64,000 nt of DNA, from the NCBI GenBank assembly GCA_963752845.1, contig CAVVZV010000003.1, positions 320,708-384,707 of the forward strand. The letters are read 5' to 3'. The notes under the pieces were generated by a model that worked only from the letters and a program-made list of their open reading frames with translations, was not told the origin of the DNA and searched no databases. The position numbers were made by a program, and so were the translations under genes. How positions within the stretch are numbered: position 1 is the first letter of the stretch; each line of letters starts with the position of its first letter. The stretch comes from an uncultured Actinomycetes bacterium (GTDB lineage: Bacteria; Actinomycetota; Thermoleophilia; Gaiellales; Gaiellaceae). Shown here piece by piece: positions 47,937 to 57,768 of this stretch.

Positions 47937-48232
47937 CGCTCGAGGCGGCGGTAGAGACGGTCGATCAGCTCGGGCATCTGCTCGAGCTTCTGTGTGATCA
48001 GGCGCAGCCGGTATTCGCGAAAGTGCTCGGGCTCGACCTTGAGCGACTTGGCCAGGCGGCGGACGATGTCATCGGACGGAACCGGCCGGTTGCCGTGGAC
48101 CAGGTGATTGAGGTAGCCCGCCGAGAGCTTCGTCTGCTCGGCCAGCCCGCGATAGGTCACGCCTGACTCCTGCATGAGGCGCTCGAGCGTCGGGCCGAAG
48201 GGCTCTGTGCTGAAGCGTCGGCGGCGGGCCAC
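47933..48232 (-). CDS. XRE-family helix-turn-helix transcriptional regulator
   Basis: TYRGLAEQTKLSAGYLNHLVHGNRPVPSDDIVRRLAKSL. GTG start overlaps the proS stop (TAGTG). Confidence 0.75.
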   Translation of the reverse strand: MARRRRFSTEPFGPTLERLMQESGVTYRGLAEQTKLSAGYLNHLVHGNRPVPSDDIVRRLAKSLKVEPEHFREYRLRLITQKLEQMPELIDRLYRRLER

Positions 48233-49905
48233 TACCCGGGTATTCCTACCTGGTTTTCAAGCTCGGCGACGGGTACGCGTCGCTCCTCGCCGGTGGCACG
48301 GTCCCGAATGTCGACGCCGCCATCCTCGAGCGTCTTCTTGCCCACCGTGACCCGCGTCGGACAGCCGATCAGGTCCGCGTCGGCGAACTTCTCACCGGGC
48401 CGCTGGTCGCGATCGTCGAGGAGCACGGAGCGGCCTCCGTGTTCCAGCGCCTCTGCGACCTCTTCCGCCTGCTCTTCGAGGCCGGCGAGCGCGATGACGT
48501 GGACGTCGTAGGCTGCGAGCGCGGCGGGCCAGATGATCCCGTGCTCGTCGTGGTGCTGTTCGACAATCGCGGCCATCGTCCGCGCCGGCCCGATTCCGTA
48601 GCTGCCCATGATCAGCGGCTTCTCGGTTCCGTCCTCATCGAGGAACGTCGCACCGAGCGGACTGGAGTATGTGGTCTCGAGCTTGAAGACATGTCCCACC
48701 TCGATCGCGGTCTGCAGCCTGAGCGCTCCCCCGCAGTTGGGGCACCTGTCGCCCTCGCGCGTCACACGGATGTCGGCGAAGCTCGGCTGGTAGTCGCGGC
48801 CTGCCTCGACGCCGCGCAGATGCCGGCCGCTCTCGTTCGCACCGGCGACGAACTGGCCCTCGCGCAGCGTCTCGTCGGCAACGACGTCGACGGCGACGCC
48901 GACCGGCCCGATCGAGCCGGGCTCGGCGCCGAAGGTGTCGCGGATTTCCTCCTCGGTTGCCGGCCGGACCGCCCCGCCGAGCACTGCCGCCAGTTTCTCT
49001 TCGTCGAGACGGTCGTCGCCCCGGACGAGGCTCAACACGACGCGTCCGTCGTAGACCACGGGCATGGCCTTGGAGGTGGCGGCCGCGTCGATTCCCAGGA
49101 GCCCGGCCAGGGCGTCGATCGTCGCCGTCCCCGGCGTGTCGACCGGCTCGGGAGCTTCGAGCGGCGGCGGAAACTCCGGTGCCCGTGGGATGCCGCGCGC
49201 AATCTCGAGGTCTGCGGCGTAGTCGCCGTTCTCACACGTCACGAGGACGTTCTCCCCTGTCTCGGCCGGAGCCAAGAAGTCGCGGCTCCCGCTGCCGCCC
49301 ATCATCCCCGACTCCGCCTCCACCGCATAGAACTCCAGGTCGCAGCGCTCGAAGATTCGGTGGTAAGCCTGGAAGTGAAGCTCGAAGCTGTGATCGAGCC
49401 CCTCTTCGTCGCGGTCGAAGCTGTAGGAGTCCTTCATGATGAACTCGCGGACGCGGAGCAGCCCCCCGCGCGGGCGCGGCTCGTCCCGATCCTTCGTCTG
49501 AAAGTGGTAGAGCATCTGTGGGAGCTCGCGATACGAACGGATCTCCCGCGCGTGGAAGGTGATTGTCTCCTCATGGGTCAGCGGCAGCACGAGCGGCCGG
49601 CCATGCCGGTCGCTCAGCTTGAAGAGCTCCGGAATGTCGTAGCGGCCGGTTGCCTGCCAGAGCTCTGCCGGCGTCAGGACGGGCATCAGCATCTCCTGGG
49701 CGCCGATCGCGTTCATCTCCTCGCGGATGATCTGGACGACGTTCTCGTGCACCTTCCAGCCGAGCGGCAGGAAGGTCCAGATGCCGGCGCTCACCTGCCG
49801 GATGTAGCCGCCTCGCACGAGCAGCCTGTGGCTGACCGCCTCGGCGTCGGCGGGATCCTCACGCAGGGTCGGGAGGAAGAGCTGAGAGGCGCGAGTTATG
49901 GGCAC
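48232..49905 (-). CDS. proS: Proline--tRNA ligase
   Basis: 557 aa, class II aaRS (RPRGGLLRVREFIMKD, GSYGIGPAR). Intact. Confidence 0.95.
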   Translation of the reverse strand: MPITRASQLFLPTLREDPADAEAVSHRLLVRGGYIRQVSAGIWTFLPLGWKVHENVVQIIREEMNAIGAQEMLMPVLTPAELWQATGRYDIPELFKLSDRHGRPLVLPLTHEETITFHAREIRSYRELPQMLYHFQTKDRDEPRPRGGLLRVREFIMKDSYSFDRDEEGLDHSFELHFQAYHRIFERCDLEFYAVEAESGMMGGSGSRDFLAPAETGENVLVTCENGDYAADLEIARGIPRAPEFPPPLEAPEPVDTPGTATIDALAGLLGIDAAATSKAMPVVYDGRVVLSLVRGDDRLDEEKLAAVLGGAVRPATEEEIRDTFGAEPGSIGPVGVAVDVVADETLREGQFVAGANESGRHLRGVEAGRDYQPSFADIRVTREGDRCPNCGGALRLQTAIEVGHVFKLETTYSSPLGATFLDEDGTEKPLIMGSYGIGPARTMAAIVEQHHDEHGIIWPAALAAYDVHVIALAGLEEQAEEVAEALEHGGRSVLLDDRDQRPGEKFADADLIGCPTRVTVGKKTLEDGGVDIRDRATGEERRVPVAELENQVGIPG

Positions 49906-51039
49906 TTAATCCAGTGGAATCAAGGAGGCTTCGGCCATCGCCAGCGCTGCCGGCTTGGCCATCTTGAGGCGCTTGGGACGGGGCATGCCCTCGGCGATCC
50001 AGCGGTCGATCTCGTGGAAGAGCTCGTCGATCAGGATGTCCGAGGACGCCTTCTTCAGCACCCGGCCGTGGGCGTAGATGAACCCGACGTCGCGTCCGCC
50101 GGCGATCCCGAAGTCGGCGTCGCCGGCCTCCCCCGGTCCGTTCACCGCGCAGCCCATCACCGCAACTTCGAACGGCTGCGTGTACCCACGGAGGCGCTCC
50201 TCGACGACGACGGCGAGGTTTTCGACGCCGACGTTGTCGCGGCCGCAGGACGGGCAGGCGATCATCACCGGACCGCGCTCGCGAAGGCCGAGCGCCTTGA
50301 GGATCTCCCACGCCGTCTCAACTTCCTTGACAGGGTCGGCGGTGAGCGAGACGCGGATCGTGTCGCCGATGCCGTCTGCGAGCAGCGACCCGATCCCGAC
50401 GGCGCTCTTGATCGAGCCCGTGAACGGCGTCCCCGCCTCGGTCACTCCCAGGTGCAGCGGATACGGCACCCGCGCGGCGAGCATGCGGTAGGCGCGGATC
50501 ATTGTCGGAACGTGCGTTGCCTTCACCGAGATCTTGAAGTCCTGGAAGTCGAGTCGCTCGAGCAGCTCGACCTCCTCGATCGCTGCGGCGACGAGCGCCT
50601 CGGCCTGGTCCCGCTGGGCGAGCGGGTAGAGGTGCTTGGGAAGCGAGCCGGAGTTGGCGCCGATCCGCATCGGAATCCCAGCCCTCTTCGCCGCCTCGAC
50701 AACCTCGGCGACCTTGTCTGGTCCTCCGATGTTGCCGGGGTTGATCCGGACGGCCTGCACGCCGGCGTCGATCGCGCGCAGGGCAAGGCTGGCGTTGAAA
50801 TGAATGTCCGCGATTACGGGGAGCGGCGAGAGGCGGACGATCTGTCTCAGCGCGTCGGCGTCTGCGATCTTCGGCACCGCGCAGCGCACGACCTCGCACC
50901 CCGCTGATGCGAGCGCGGCAATCTGGGCCGTGGTCGCCTCGACGTCGCGCGTCGGCGTCAGCGTCATCGACTGGACGACGACGGGCGCCCCGCCGCCGAT
51001 CTGAACGTTGCCTACATTGACGCTGCGTTCGCTGGGCAC
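49906..51039 (-). CDS. ispG: 4-hydroxy-3-methylbut-2-en-1-yl diphosphate synthase (IspG/GcpE)
   Basis: VQIGGGAPVVVQSMT...RINPGNIG...CPSCGR. Intact. Confidence 0.95.
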   Translation of the reverse strand: MPSERSVNVGNVQIGGGAPVVVQSMTLTPTRDVEATTAQIAALASAGCEVVRCAVPKIADADALRQIVRLSPLPVIADIHFNASLALRAIDAGVQAVRINPGNIGGPDKVAEVVEAAKRAGIPMRIGANSGSLPKHLYPLAQRDQAEALVAAAIEEVELLERLDFQDFKISVKATHVPTMIRAYRMLAARVPYPLHLGVTEAGTPFTGSIKSAVGIGSLLADGIGDTIRVSLTADPVKEVETAWEILKALGLRERGPVMIACPSCGRDNVGVENLAVVVEERLRGYTQPFEVAVMGCAVNGPGEAGDADFGIAGGRDVGFIYAHGRVLKKASSDILIDELFHEIDRWIAEGMPRPKRLKMAKPAALAMAEASLIPLD

Positions 51040-51048
51040 ATCCCCAGG

Positions 51049-51777
51049 TTAGTCGTGGCCGACCTCGAATGTGGAGTCGACAATTGGAGCAGCGAGGTCT
51101 CCGGCGACCGCCGGCCGCACGGTCCACCGATAACCGCCGGGAGTGAACCGAACCCGCGCTGGGAGCTTGACCTGCGGCGTACGCGTCCGCGTCCGATAGA
51201 AGGCCCGGCCGTTACGAAGGAAGGTGACTTGGTAGAAGGCAGCGCCCGCTTGCGGCGGCCAGGAGAACGTTCTGGCCGGCGCGAACTTCGGCTGCTCCCG
51301 CCGCCTGGTCGGCGTCGAGCGCCGCGTCTCACTCTTGGGGGGAGCGGCCGGCTTGGGCTCGGGCTTCGGCCTTGCGAGGGGACCATGCTTCGGCTCGTTT
51401 TTCTTCACGGCCGGTTTCTTCCTGGCGGCCGGCGGCTGCGTGCTCCGCGGCGCAGGCTGTGGGCTTCGCGTCGGCGAGGGAGACGGCTCGACGGTCTGGC
51501 TCCGGTCGCCTCTCGCGGCGAACGTCGGACGGTCGACGTTGGGCACCACGGTCAACACGATGACCACGAGGATGAACGCGGCGGCGATGCCGAGACGCCC
51601 GAAGATCGCGGCGGCCGGGAACTGACGGCCACGGCCACGTCGCGGTGAGGGCTCGACCGGGACGGGGGCCGGCCACGGATGGTCGGGCAGCGCGGCGCGG
51701 GCCCCGGCGGCGAGCTCGGGGTCCACCAGGACGAGCTCCGGGCTAATCGGCTGGGCAGCGAGCTCTCTGGGCTCCAC
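51049..51777 (-). CDS. Hypothetical single-pass membrane protein with a Pro/Lys-rich linker
   Basis: 242 aa. TM helix LGIAAAFILVVIVLTVV, a low-complexity P/K/A region, and a C-terminal ~70-aa domain (FSWPPQAGAAFYQVTFLRNG...YRWTVRP). Confidence 0.5.
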   Translation of the reverse strand: MEPRELAAQPISPELVLVDPELAAGARAALPDHPWPAPVPVEPSPRRGRGRQFPAAAIFGRLGIAAAFILVVIVLTVVPNVDRPTFAARGDRSQTVEPSPSPTRSPQPAPRSTQPPAARKKPAVKKNEPKHGPLARPKPEPKPAAPPKSETRRSTPTRRREQPKFAPARTFSWPPQAGAAFYQVTFLRNGRAFYRTRTRTPQVKLPARVRFTPGGYRWTVRPAVAGDLAAPIVDSTFEVGHD

Positions 51778-51826
51778 GATGGCTCCTCCTTCCGGAGCGT
51801 AACGCTCCGTGGAGACAATGCTGGCG

Positions 51827-53044
51827 TTAGCCGCCGGTTCGCCCGGCGATGTCGTTGGAGAGGCCGATGAAGAACAGGGTCAGAACGAGCGCGATCCCGA
51901 CGACCGAGACGCGTTCATAGACCTCGCGACCCACCGACCGGCCCCGCACGCCCTCGATGATCGAGAAGGCGATGTGACCACCGTCGAGCGGCAACAGCGG
52001 CAGCAGATTGAGCAGGGCCAGCGAGAGGCTGATCAGGCCCAGGACCCAGAAGTAGGTCTCGAATCCGCGTTCGAGCGCGCTCGAGGAGCCGCGAACGATG
52101 CCGATCGGGCTCGAAATCTCCTCACGGCCCGACCCCTGGACCAGGCGGAGGAGCACGCCGCCGATCTCTTTCGTCACCAGGCCGGTAAGCCGCAGCGACT
52201 CCCAGGCAGCTAAGTGGAGAGGAATCGACTCGAATTCGGGGCGAATACCGACCCGGTAGCGGCCATCGGTGTCCTCGAACGCGCGAACGGGCGGCAGGAT
52301 GACGCGGCGCCCGTCCCGCACGACCGTGATCCGAAGCGGCTTCCCGTCCGAGTCGTTGATCGTCTCGAGCATCCCGACGTACCCGACCCGCTCGCCGTTG
52401 ATCGCCACCACCCGGTCGCCGGGCTGAAGCCCGGCCTGCTGCGCCGGCCGGCCCTGCTCGAGCTCGGCCACCGTCGTCGTCCCGCGTCCTGGACCCAAGG
52501 CGAGCAGAAGCGTGAACGCGAGGATGGCGAAGAGCAGATTCGTGCCGGGGCCCGCGCCGATCACGAAGATCTTCTTCCAGGTCCCTTGTCGCCAGTAGGC
52601 GTCCATGCCGAGGCCGTCGCTGAGCTCTGTGAGACCGCGCTCGACCGCCTTGCGTGCCCCTGGGGACAGCTCCGTCTCTTTGGCGGCGCCCTCGAGCGCG
52701 ACCAACGCGCCGGCCGCGAGGTCGAAGTCGCCCTCGGCGAGAAGTCGCTTGAGGCGCTCGCTTGGCGCGTGGAGCTGCGGCGCCTCAGCCAGTGCCCGGC
52801 CGAAGTGCGCGTCCACGTCGGACGGCGCCGGGCGATGCATTCCCGGGATCTTCACGTAGCCACCGAGCGGAATCGCCCCGACCCCGTACTCGATGTCGTT
52901 GCGTCGCACCTTGGCGATCGCGGGCGGGAAGCCGATGTAGAACTTCCTCGGGCGCATGCCCACGAGGCGCGCCGTATAGAAGTGGCCGGCCTCGTGCACG
53001 AGCACGAGGAACGCGAGGCCGAAGATCGCGATCAGTGAGTTCAT
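51827..53044 (-). CDS. M50-family site-2 protease (RseP/Rip1-like) with a PDZ domain
   Basis: HEAGHF zinc motif at the N-terminus and LLNLLPLLPLDGGH near the C-terminus. Confidence 0.9.
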   Translation of the reverse strand: MNSLIAIFGLAFLVLVHEAGHFYTARLVGMRPRKFYIGFPPAIAKVRRNDIEYGVGAIPLGGYVKIPGMHRPAPSDVDAHFGRALAEAPQLHAPSERLKRLLAEGDFDLAAGALVALEGAAKETELSPGARKAVERGLTELSDGLGMDAYWRQGTWKKIFVIGAGPGTNLLFAILAFTLLLALGPGRGTTTVAELEQGRPAQQAGLQPGDRVVAINGERVGYVGMLETINDSDGKPLRITVVRDGRRVILPPVRAFEDTDGRYRVGIRPEFESIPLHLAAWESLRLTGLVTKEIGGVLLRLVQGSGREEISSPIGIVRGSSSALERGFETYFWVLGLISLSLALLNLLPLLPLDGGHIAFSIIEGVRGRSVGREVYERVSVVGIALVLTLFFIGLSNDIAGRTGG

Positions 53045-54102
53045 GCGAGTGCCATACCCCGCTCGGCAACGCTCCTAGCCCCCGCGTCGGCCTCGATCAG
53101 CTCATCGAGGTCACGAGCCGGCGCGCCAGTGCTCTGCTCGAGCGTCTCTTCGACGACCTCGGCAATACCGAGGAAGGGCAGCCGGCCGTCGAGGAAGGCG
53201 GCCACGGCGACCTCATTGGCGGCGTTGAAAGCGCATGGATAGGTACCGCCCAGCTCCCCTGCCTTCCGGGCCAACCCGAGCAGCGGGAACGCGTCGGCGT
53301 CGACGGGCTCGAACTCCAGCGTCAGGCCGGAGGCGAGATCGAGCGGCTCGACCTCGACTGCCGCCCGCTCGGGATACGTGAGCGCGTAGGAGATCGGCAC
53401 GCGCATGTCCGGGTAGCCCAGATGCGCCAAGGCGGCGCCGTCTCGGAACCTGACGAGGGCGTGGACGACCGAGGTTGGCTGGATCACCACTTCGATCCGG
53501 TCGTACGGGAGCCCGAAGAGAAAGTGCGCCTCGATCACCTCGAGCCCCTTGTTGGCGAGCGTCGCGGAATCGACGGTGATCTTCGGGCCCATCCGCCAGG
53601 TCGGGTGTGCGAGCGCATCCTCAGGTGATACGTCCTCGAGCTCAGACCGGTTGCGGCCCCGGAACGGCCCGCCCGAGGCGGTGAGCACGAGCGAGTGGAC
53701 GCTTTCGGGGTCGCGGCCCTCCAGGCACTGGAAGACGCCGGAGTGCTCGCTGTCGACCGCCAGCAGGCGTCCTCCGCCCCGCTCCCGGGCCGCCACCGCC
53801 AGGTCGCCCGCGGCGACCAGGCTCTCCTTGTTGGCGAGCGCCAGGTCGATCCCGCGCTCGAGCGCCCAGAGCGTCGCCGTGACTCCGGCAAAGCCGACGA
53901 TCGCGTTCAGGACGACGTCGGGCTCGGCCTGCTCGAGCAGCTCGGTCGGATCGCCGCCCACCTGGGTCAGCGGAGCGAGGCCGTCGATCGGTTGGGAGCC
54001 CGATGCAGCGGCAGCGAGCTCCAGCCCGGGATTGGCCTCGATCACCTGCAGTGCCTGGCGTCCGATCGAGCCGGTGGCCCCGAGTACGGCGACGCGTTTC
54101 AT
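53041..54102 (-). CDS. dxr: 1-deoxy-D-xylulose 5-phosphate reductoisomerase
   Basis: MKRVAVLGATGSIGRQAL...LANKESLV...DSEHSG. Confidence 0.9.
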   Translation of the reverse strand: MKRVAVLGATGSIGRQALQVIEANPGLELAAAASGSQPIDGLAPLTQVGGDPTELLEQAEPDVVLNAIVGFAGVTATLWALERGIDLALANKESLVAAGDLAVAARERGGGRLLAVDSEHSGVFQCLEGRDPESVHSLVLTASGGPFRGRNRSELEDVSPEDALAHPTWRMGPKITVDSATLANKGLEVIEAHFLFGLPYDRIEVVIQPTSVVHALVRFRDGAALAHLGYPDMRVPISYALTYPERAAVEVEPLDLASGLTLEFEPVDADAFPLLGLARKAGELGGTYPCAFNAANEVAVAAFLDGRLPFLGIAEVVEETLEQSTGAPARDLDELIEADAGARSVAERGMALA

Positions 54103-54145
54103 GCGGGAAGTCTAGGGACGAGGTACGCGTCTACGGCGTGTGGAT

Positions 54146-54937
54146 CTACGTCGCGCCGAAGGCGACGAGAAGGTAGTAGGAGGCGACAGCGGTGAAAAGG
54201 AGGGCGTCGAGGCGGTCGAGCACGCCGCCGTGGCCGAGCAGCAGCCGTCCCGTGTCCTTGAGGCCCGCGTCACGCTTGAGCCCCGATTCGAACAGATCGC
54301 CCATCGGCGCCGCCACTGCGATCGCACCGCCGAGGACGAGCGACTGCGTCACGTCGATGAAACCCTCCTCGTACAGCGCAAAGAAGGGGACGAGGACGGC
54401 GGCGATCGTGCCGGCGGCGAGGCCCTCCCAGGTCTTTCCAGGCGACGTTCGCGGCGCCAACTTGTGCCGGCCGATCAGCCGTCCGGCGACGTAAGCGGCA
54501 GTGTCCGCGGCGAACACCGCCAGCAGCACGGTGAAGGCGGCGAGCGCGCCGTGCTCGGGGATCTCGCGGATGAGAATCATGTGCGCAAGGCCGAGGCCGA
54601 TCCAGGCCCCTCCGAGCACGGTGGCCGCGATCGAGAGCGTGGTCGGCTGCACTCCTGCGAGGCCCTTGAACACGAACGCGAACCCAAACGTGCTCAGGAA
54701 TCCCGCCAGCGCCCATTCCGGGCCCCACTCCGCGCCGACGAGCGCGGCCAGGGTGCCGGCATAGCCCGCGAGGACGACAGGGCGGAGCGCACGCGTCATC
54801 CCGTAGAACTCGTGTAGTCCGAGTACCCCGGCCAGGGCTGCCAGCCCGAAGACCCACCAGCCGCCCGCCCAGATCAAGACGAGGATGAGCGGCAGCAGCA
54901 GCGCCGCGACGACGACTCTCGAGACGAGGGGGCTCAT
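54146..54937 (-). CDS. cdsA: Phosphatidate cytidylyltransferase
   Basis: Polytopic, with C-terminus KRDAGLKDTGRLLLGHGGVLDRLD. ATG 54937 was chosen (ATGA overlap with the uppS stop). Confidence 0.85.
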   Translation of the reverse strand: MSPLVSRVVVAALLLPLILVLIWAGGWWVFGLAALAGVLGLHEFYGMTRALRPVVLAGYAGTLAALVGAEWGPEWALAGFLSTFGFAFVFKGLAGVQPTTLSIAATVLGGAWIGLGLAHMILIREIPEHGALAAFTVLLAVFAADTAAYVAGRLIGRHKLAPRTSPGKTWEGLAAGTIAAVLVPFFALYEEGFIDVTQSLVLGGAIAVAAPMGDLFESGLKRDAGLKDTGRLLLGHGGVLDRLDALLFTAVASYYLLVAFGAT

Positions 54938-55675
54938 CGAGCGCCGAACCGGCGTTTTCGCCCGGCGTACTCCTGTATCGCGGCCCGAAGATCGTCGGCG
55001 CCGAAGTCGGGCCACAGCCGCTCGGTGAAGACGAGCTCCGAGTAGGCAAGCTGCCAGAGGAGGAAGTTCGAAATCCGCAGCTCGCCCGACGTGCGAATCA
55101 GCAGATCCGGCTCCGGCAGGTCAGGCGCATACAGGTGCGCGGCGAGCACGTCCTCGTCGATCTCCTCCGGCCGCAGGTCGGCCCGGACGATCTTCTTCGC
55201 TGCTTCGGCCAACTCCCCCCTCCCGCCGTAGTCGAAGGCGATCCACAGCTGAAGGCGGTCGCGTGAAGCCGTCTCCGCCTCCAGGTCCTCCATCTGCCGG
55301 CTGAGCTCCCCCGAGACGCGATCGCGGCGCCCGATGAATCGCGTCCTCACCCCCTGCTCGGCCAGGTCGGGGAGCTCGCGTCGGATCGTCTCGCCGAAGA
55401 TCTCCATCAGCGAGTCCACCTCGGCGGGCGGGCGGAGCCAGTTCTCCGTCGAAAACGCGTAGACGACGAGCGAGTCGGATGTTGAGGTCGATCGCCGCTT
55501 CGACTGTCCGCCGCAGTGCCCGGGTGCCCTCCCGGTGCCCGGCCTCGACCGGCAGCCCCTTGGCTGCAGCCCAGCGGCTGTTGCCGTCCATGATGATCGC
55601 CACGGAGCTCGGGCCCTCGCCGAGCTCGAGCGGCGGTTCGCGGCGGCCGAAGAGACGGGCCAGCAGCCCGCGCAC
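54934..55675 (-). CDS. uppS: Undecaprenyl-diphosphate synthase (cis-IPTase), with one apparent frameshift (~55472)
   Basis: [12 protein letters not shown] in ORF 55121..55675. YAFSTENW is recovered by shifting frame. The remainder ([20 protein letters not shown]) lies in ORF 54934..55419. Confidence 0.85.
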
Positions 55676-55681
55676 CGAGGG

Positions 55682-56231
55682 CTAAACCTCCGTGATCTCG
55701 GCTTCTTTGCGCTTCAGCAGGTCGTCGATCTTCTGGACGTGCTCATCCGTCAGCTTCTGGACGCGCTCCTCGGCGCGGCGCTCGTCGTCGGCGCCGACGC
55801 TCTGCTCCTCCTTGAGGTGGTGGATGACGTCGCGGCGGATGTTCCGCACCGCGACTCTCCCCTCCTCGCCGATCTGCCGCGCGACCTTGACGAGCTCCTG
55901 TCGGCGCTCCTCGGTGAGCTGCGGAATCGGGAGGCGGATGAGCTTGCCGTCGTTCGAGGGATTGAGGCCGAGGTCGGACTCCTGGATCGCCCGCTCGATC
56001 TCCTTCATCGAGTTGGGATCGAACGGCTGGACAGTGAGCATCCGGGGCTCGGGGACGTTGATCGTGGCGAGCTGCTGCAAGCGGCGTCTTCTGGCCGTAG
56101 TAGTCGACCTGCACCCGATCGAGCAGGGCGGCCGAAGCTCGGCCGGTGCGGATCGAGTTCAGCTCGCCGTGCGTCGACTCGACGGACTTGTCCATCCGGC
56201 GAGTGGCGTCCTGAATCAGCTCGTCGATCAT
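55682..56231 (-). CDS. frr: Ribosome recycling factor, with one apparent frameshift (~56081)
   Basis: N-terminus [33 protein letters not shown] lies in the pyrH frame. The remainder ([20 protein letters not shown]...) lies in ORF 55682..56080. SD GGAGGG before ATG 56231. Confidence 0.9.
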
Positions 56232-57017
56232 GCAGTTCCCTCCGGGGGTCGAGATGATCGTGCCGACGCGCTCCCCGAGCGCAACCCGCCTGATGTTGCC
56301 CTCGGCGAGCGCGAAGACGTAGATCGGGAGCCCATTGTCCATGCACAGCGAGAGCGCCGTCGTGTCCATCACGCGCAATCCGCGCTCGATCGCCTGAAGG
56401 TGGGTCAGCTCGGGGAGCAGCTCGGCATCGGGATCGTGGCGGGGATCCCCTTCGTGCACGCCCTCGACGGCGTGCTTGGCCATCAGGATCGCCTCGGCGC
56501 CGATCTCCAGTGCCCGCAGCGCGGCGGCGGTGTCGGTGGTGAAGAACGGGTTGCCGGTGCCGGCGGCGAAGATGACCACGCGCCCCTTCTCGAGGTGGCG
56601 GATCGCCCGCCGCCGGATGTACGGCTCGGCCACCTCGGAGACCTGGATCGCCGACATGACGCGCGTGTGGAGCTCGCGGCGCTCGAGGACGTCCTGAAGG
56701 GCGAGCGCGTTCAGGACCGTGGCGAGCATGCCCGCGTAGTCCGCAGTCGCCCGGTCCATCCCCTCCGCGGCCGCGGCCATGCCGCGGTAGATGTTCCCGG
56801 CCCCGACCACGATCGCGATCTCGACGCCGCGCTCGTGCAGCTCGGCGATCTCCTCGGCGATCTGCTCGACCTCGTGCAGGTCGAGCCCGTACTCCTTGTC
56901 GCCCATCAGGGCCTCGCCGGAGAGCTTCAGCAGGACCCGCCGGAAGGCCGGCCTGCCTGCCGTCTCTGCGTCAGCCGGCAAGGGCGTAGCGCTCGTACTC
57001 GAGGACTTCGAGCTCAT
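56228..57017 (-). CDS. pyrH: UMP kinase (3' end inferred; no in-frame stop as sequenced)
   Basis: [34 protein letters not shown]. As written, the frame runs straight into frr. Removing one C from the C5 run (56244-56248) gives ...STPEGTA-TGA overlapping the frr ATG. Confidence 0.85.
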
Positions 57018-57768
57018 GCTCCTCGAGCGCCTTGGCGACGGTCTTGCCCGTGTCGTGGATCCACTCCTGGTCGGGCAGGACGGTCTGGCCGAAGAACCGC
57101 TTCGAGAGCATCCCCTCGACGATCTTCTCGCGATGCTCCTCGGGGCGGGACTGCACCTCCGGCAGCTTCTCGAGGATCTCGAGCTCGGTCGCGAGGTCCT
57201 CCTCGGAGATCTCGTCGCGGTGGGCGTACAGCGGCGCCGCGAAGGCGATGTGCATCGCCAGCAGCCGTGCGACCTCCGCCGGCCCCTTCGCCCGCACGAG
57301 CACGCCGATCTTGTTCGCCGGCGGGTGGACGTAGGCCGCGAGCACTTCGTCGTCGCCCTGCTTCTCGAACCGCGCCGCGCCGCGACGACGATGTTCTCGC
57401 CGAGCTTGCCGACGAGCTCCTGCCGCTCCTCCTCGAGCCGGTCGGCCGCGTCCGGGCCGTCCTGCTCGACGGCGTCGAGAACCTTCTCGCGCGAACGCCC
57501 GGAACTCGTCGTTCTTCGAGACCGGCTCGGTCTCGCAGCCGACGGCGACGAGTGTCCCGACGCGCTCGTCGACCCGCGCGAGGACGATGCCCTCGGTCGT
57601 CTCGCGGCCGGCGCGCTTGCCGGCCTCTGCCATCCCGCGCTCGCGCAGGAGCCTCTTGGCGGCGTCGAGGTCGCCCTCGGTCTCCTGGAGCGCGCGCTTG
57701 GCGTCCATCATCCCCGCGCCGGTCTCGTCGCGGAGCTGCTTGACGAGTGTCGCCGGAATCTCAGCCAT
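56971..57768 (-). CDS. tsf: Elongation factor Ts, with two apparent frameshifts (~57482, ~57385)
   Basis: [27 protein letters not shown]... The middle segment [33 protein letters not shown] lies in another frame. SD GGAGGAG before ATG 57768. Confidence 0.9.
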   Translation of the reverse strand: MAEIPATLVKQLRDETGAGMMDAKRALQETEGDLDAAKRLLRERGMAEAGKRAGRETTEGIVLARVDERVGTLVAVGCETEPVSKNDEFRAFAREGSRRRRAGRPGRGRPARGGAAGARRQARREHRRRGAARFEKQGDDEVLAAYVHPPANKIGVLVRAKGPAEVARLLAMHIAFAAPLYAHRDEISEEDLATELEILEKLPEVQSRPEEHREKIVEGMLSKRFFGQTVLPDQEWIHDTGKTVAKALEEHELEVLEYERYALAG

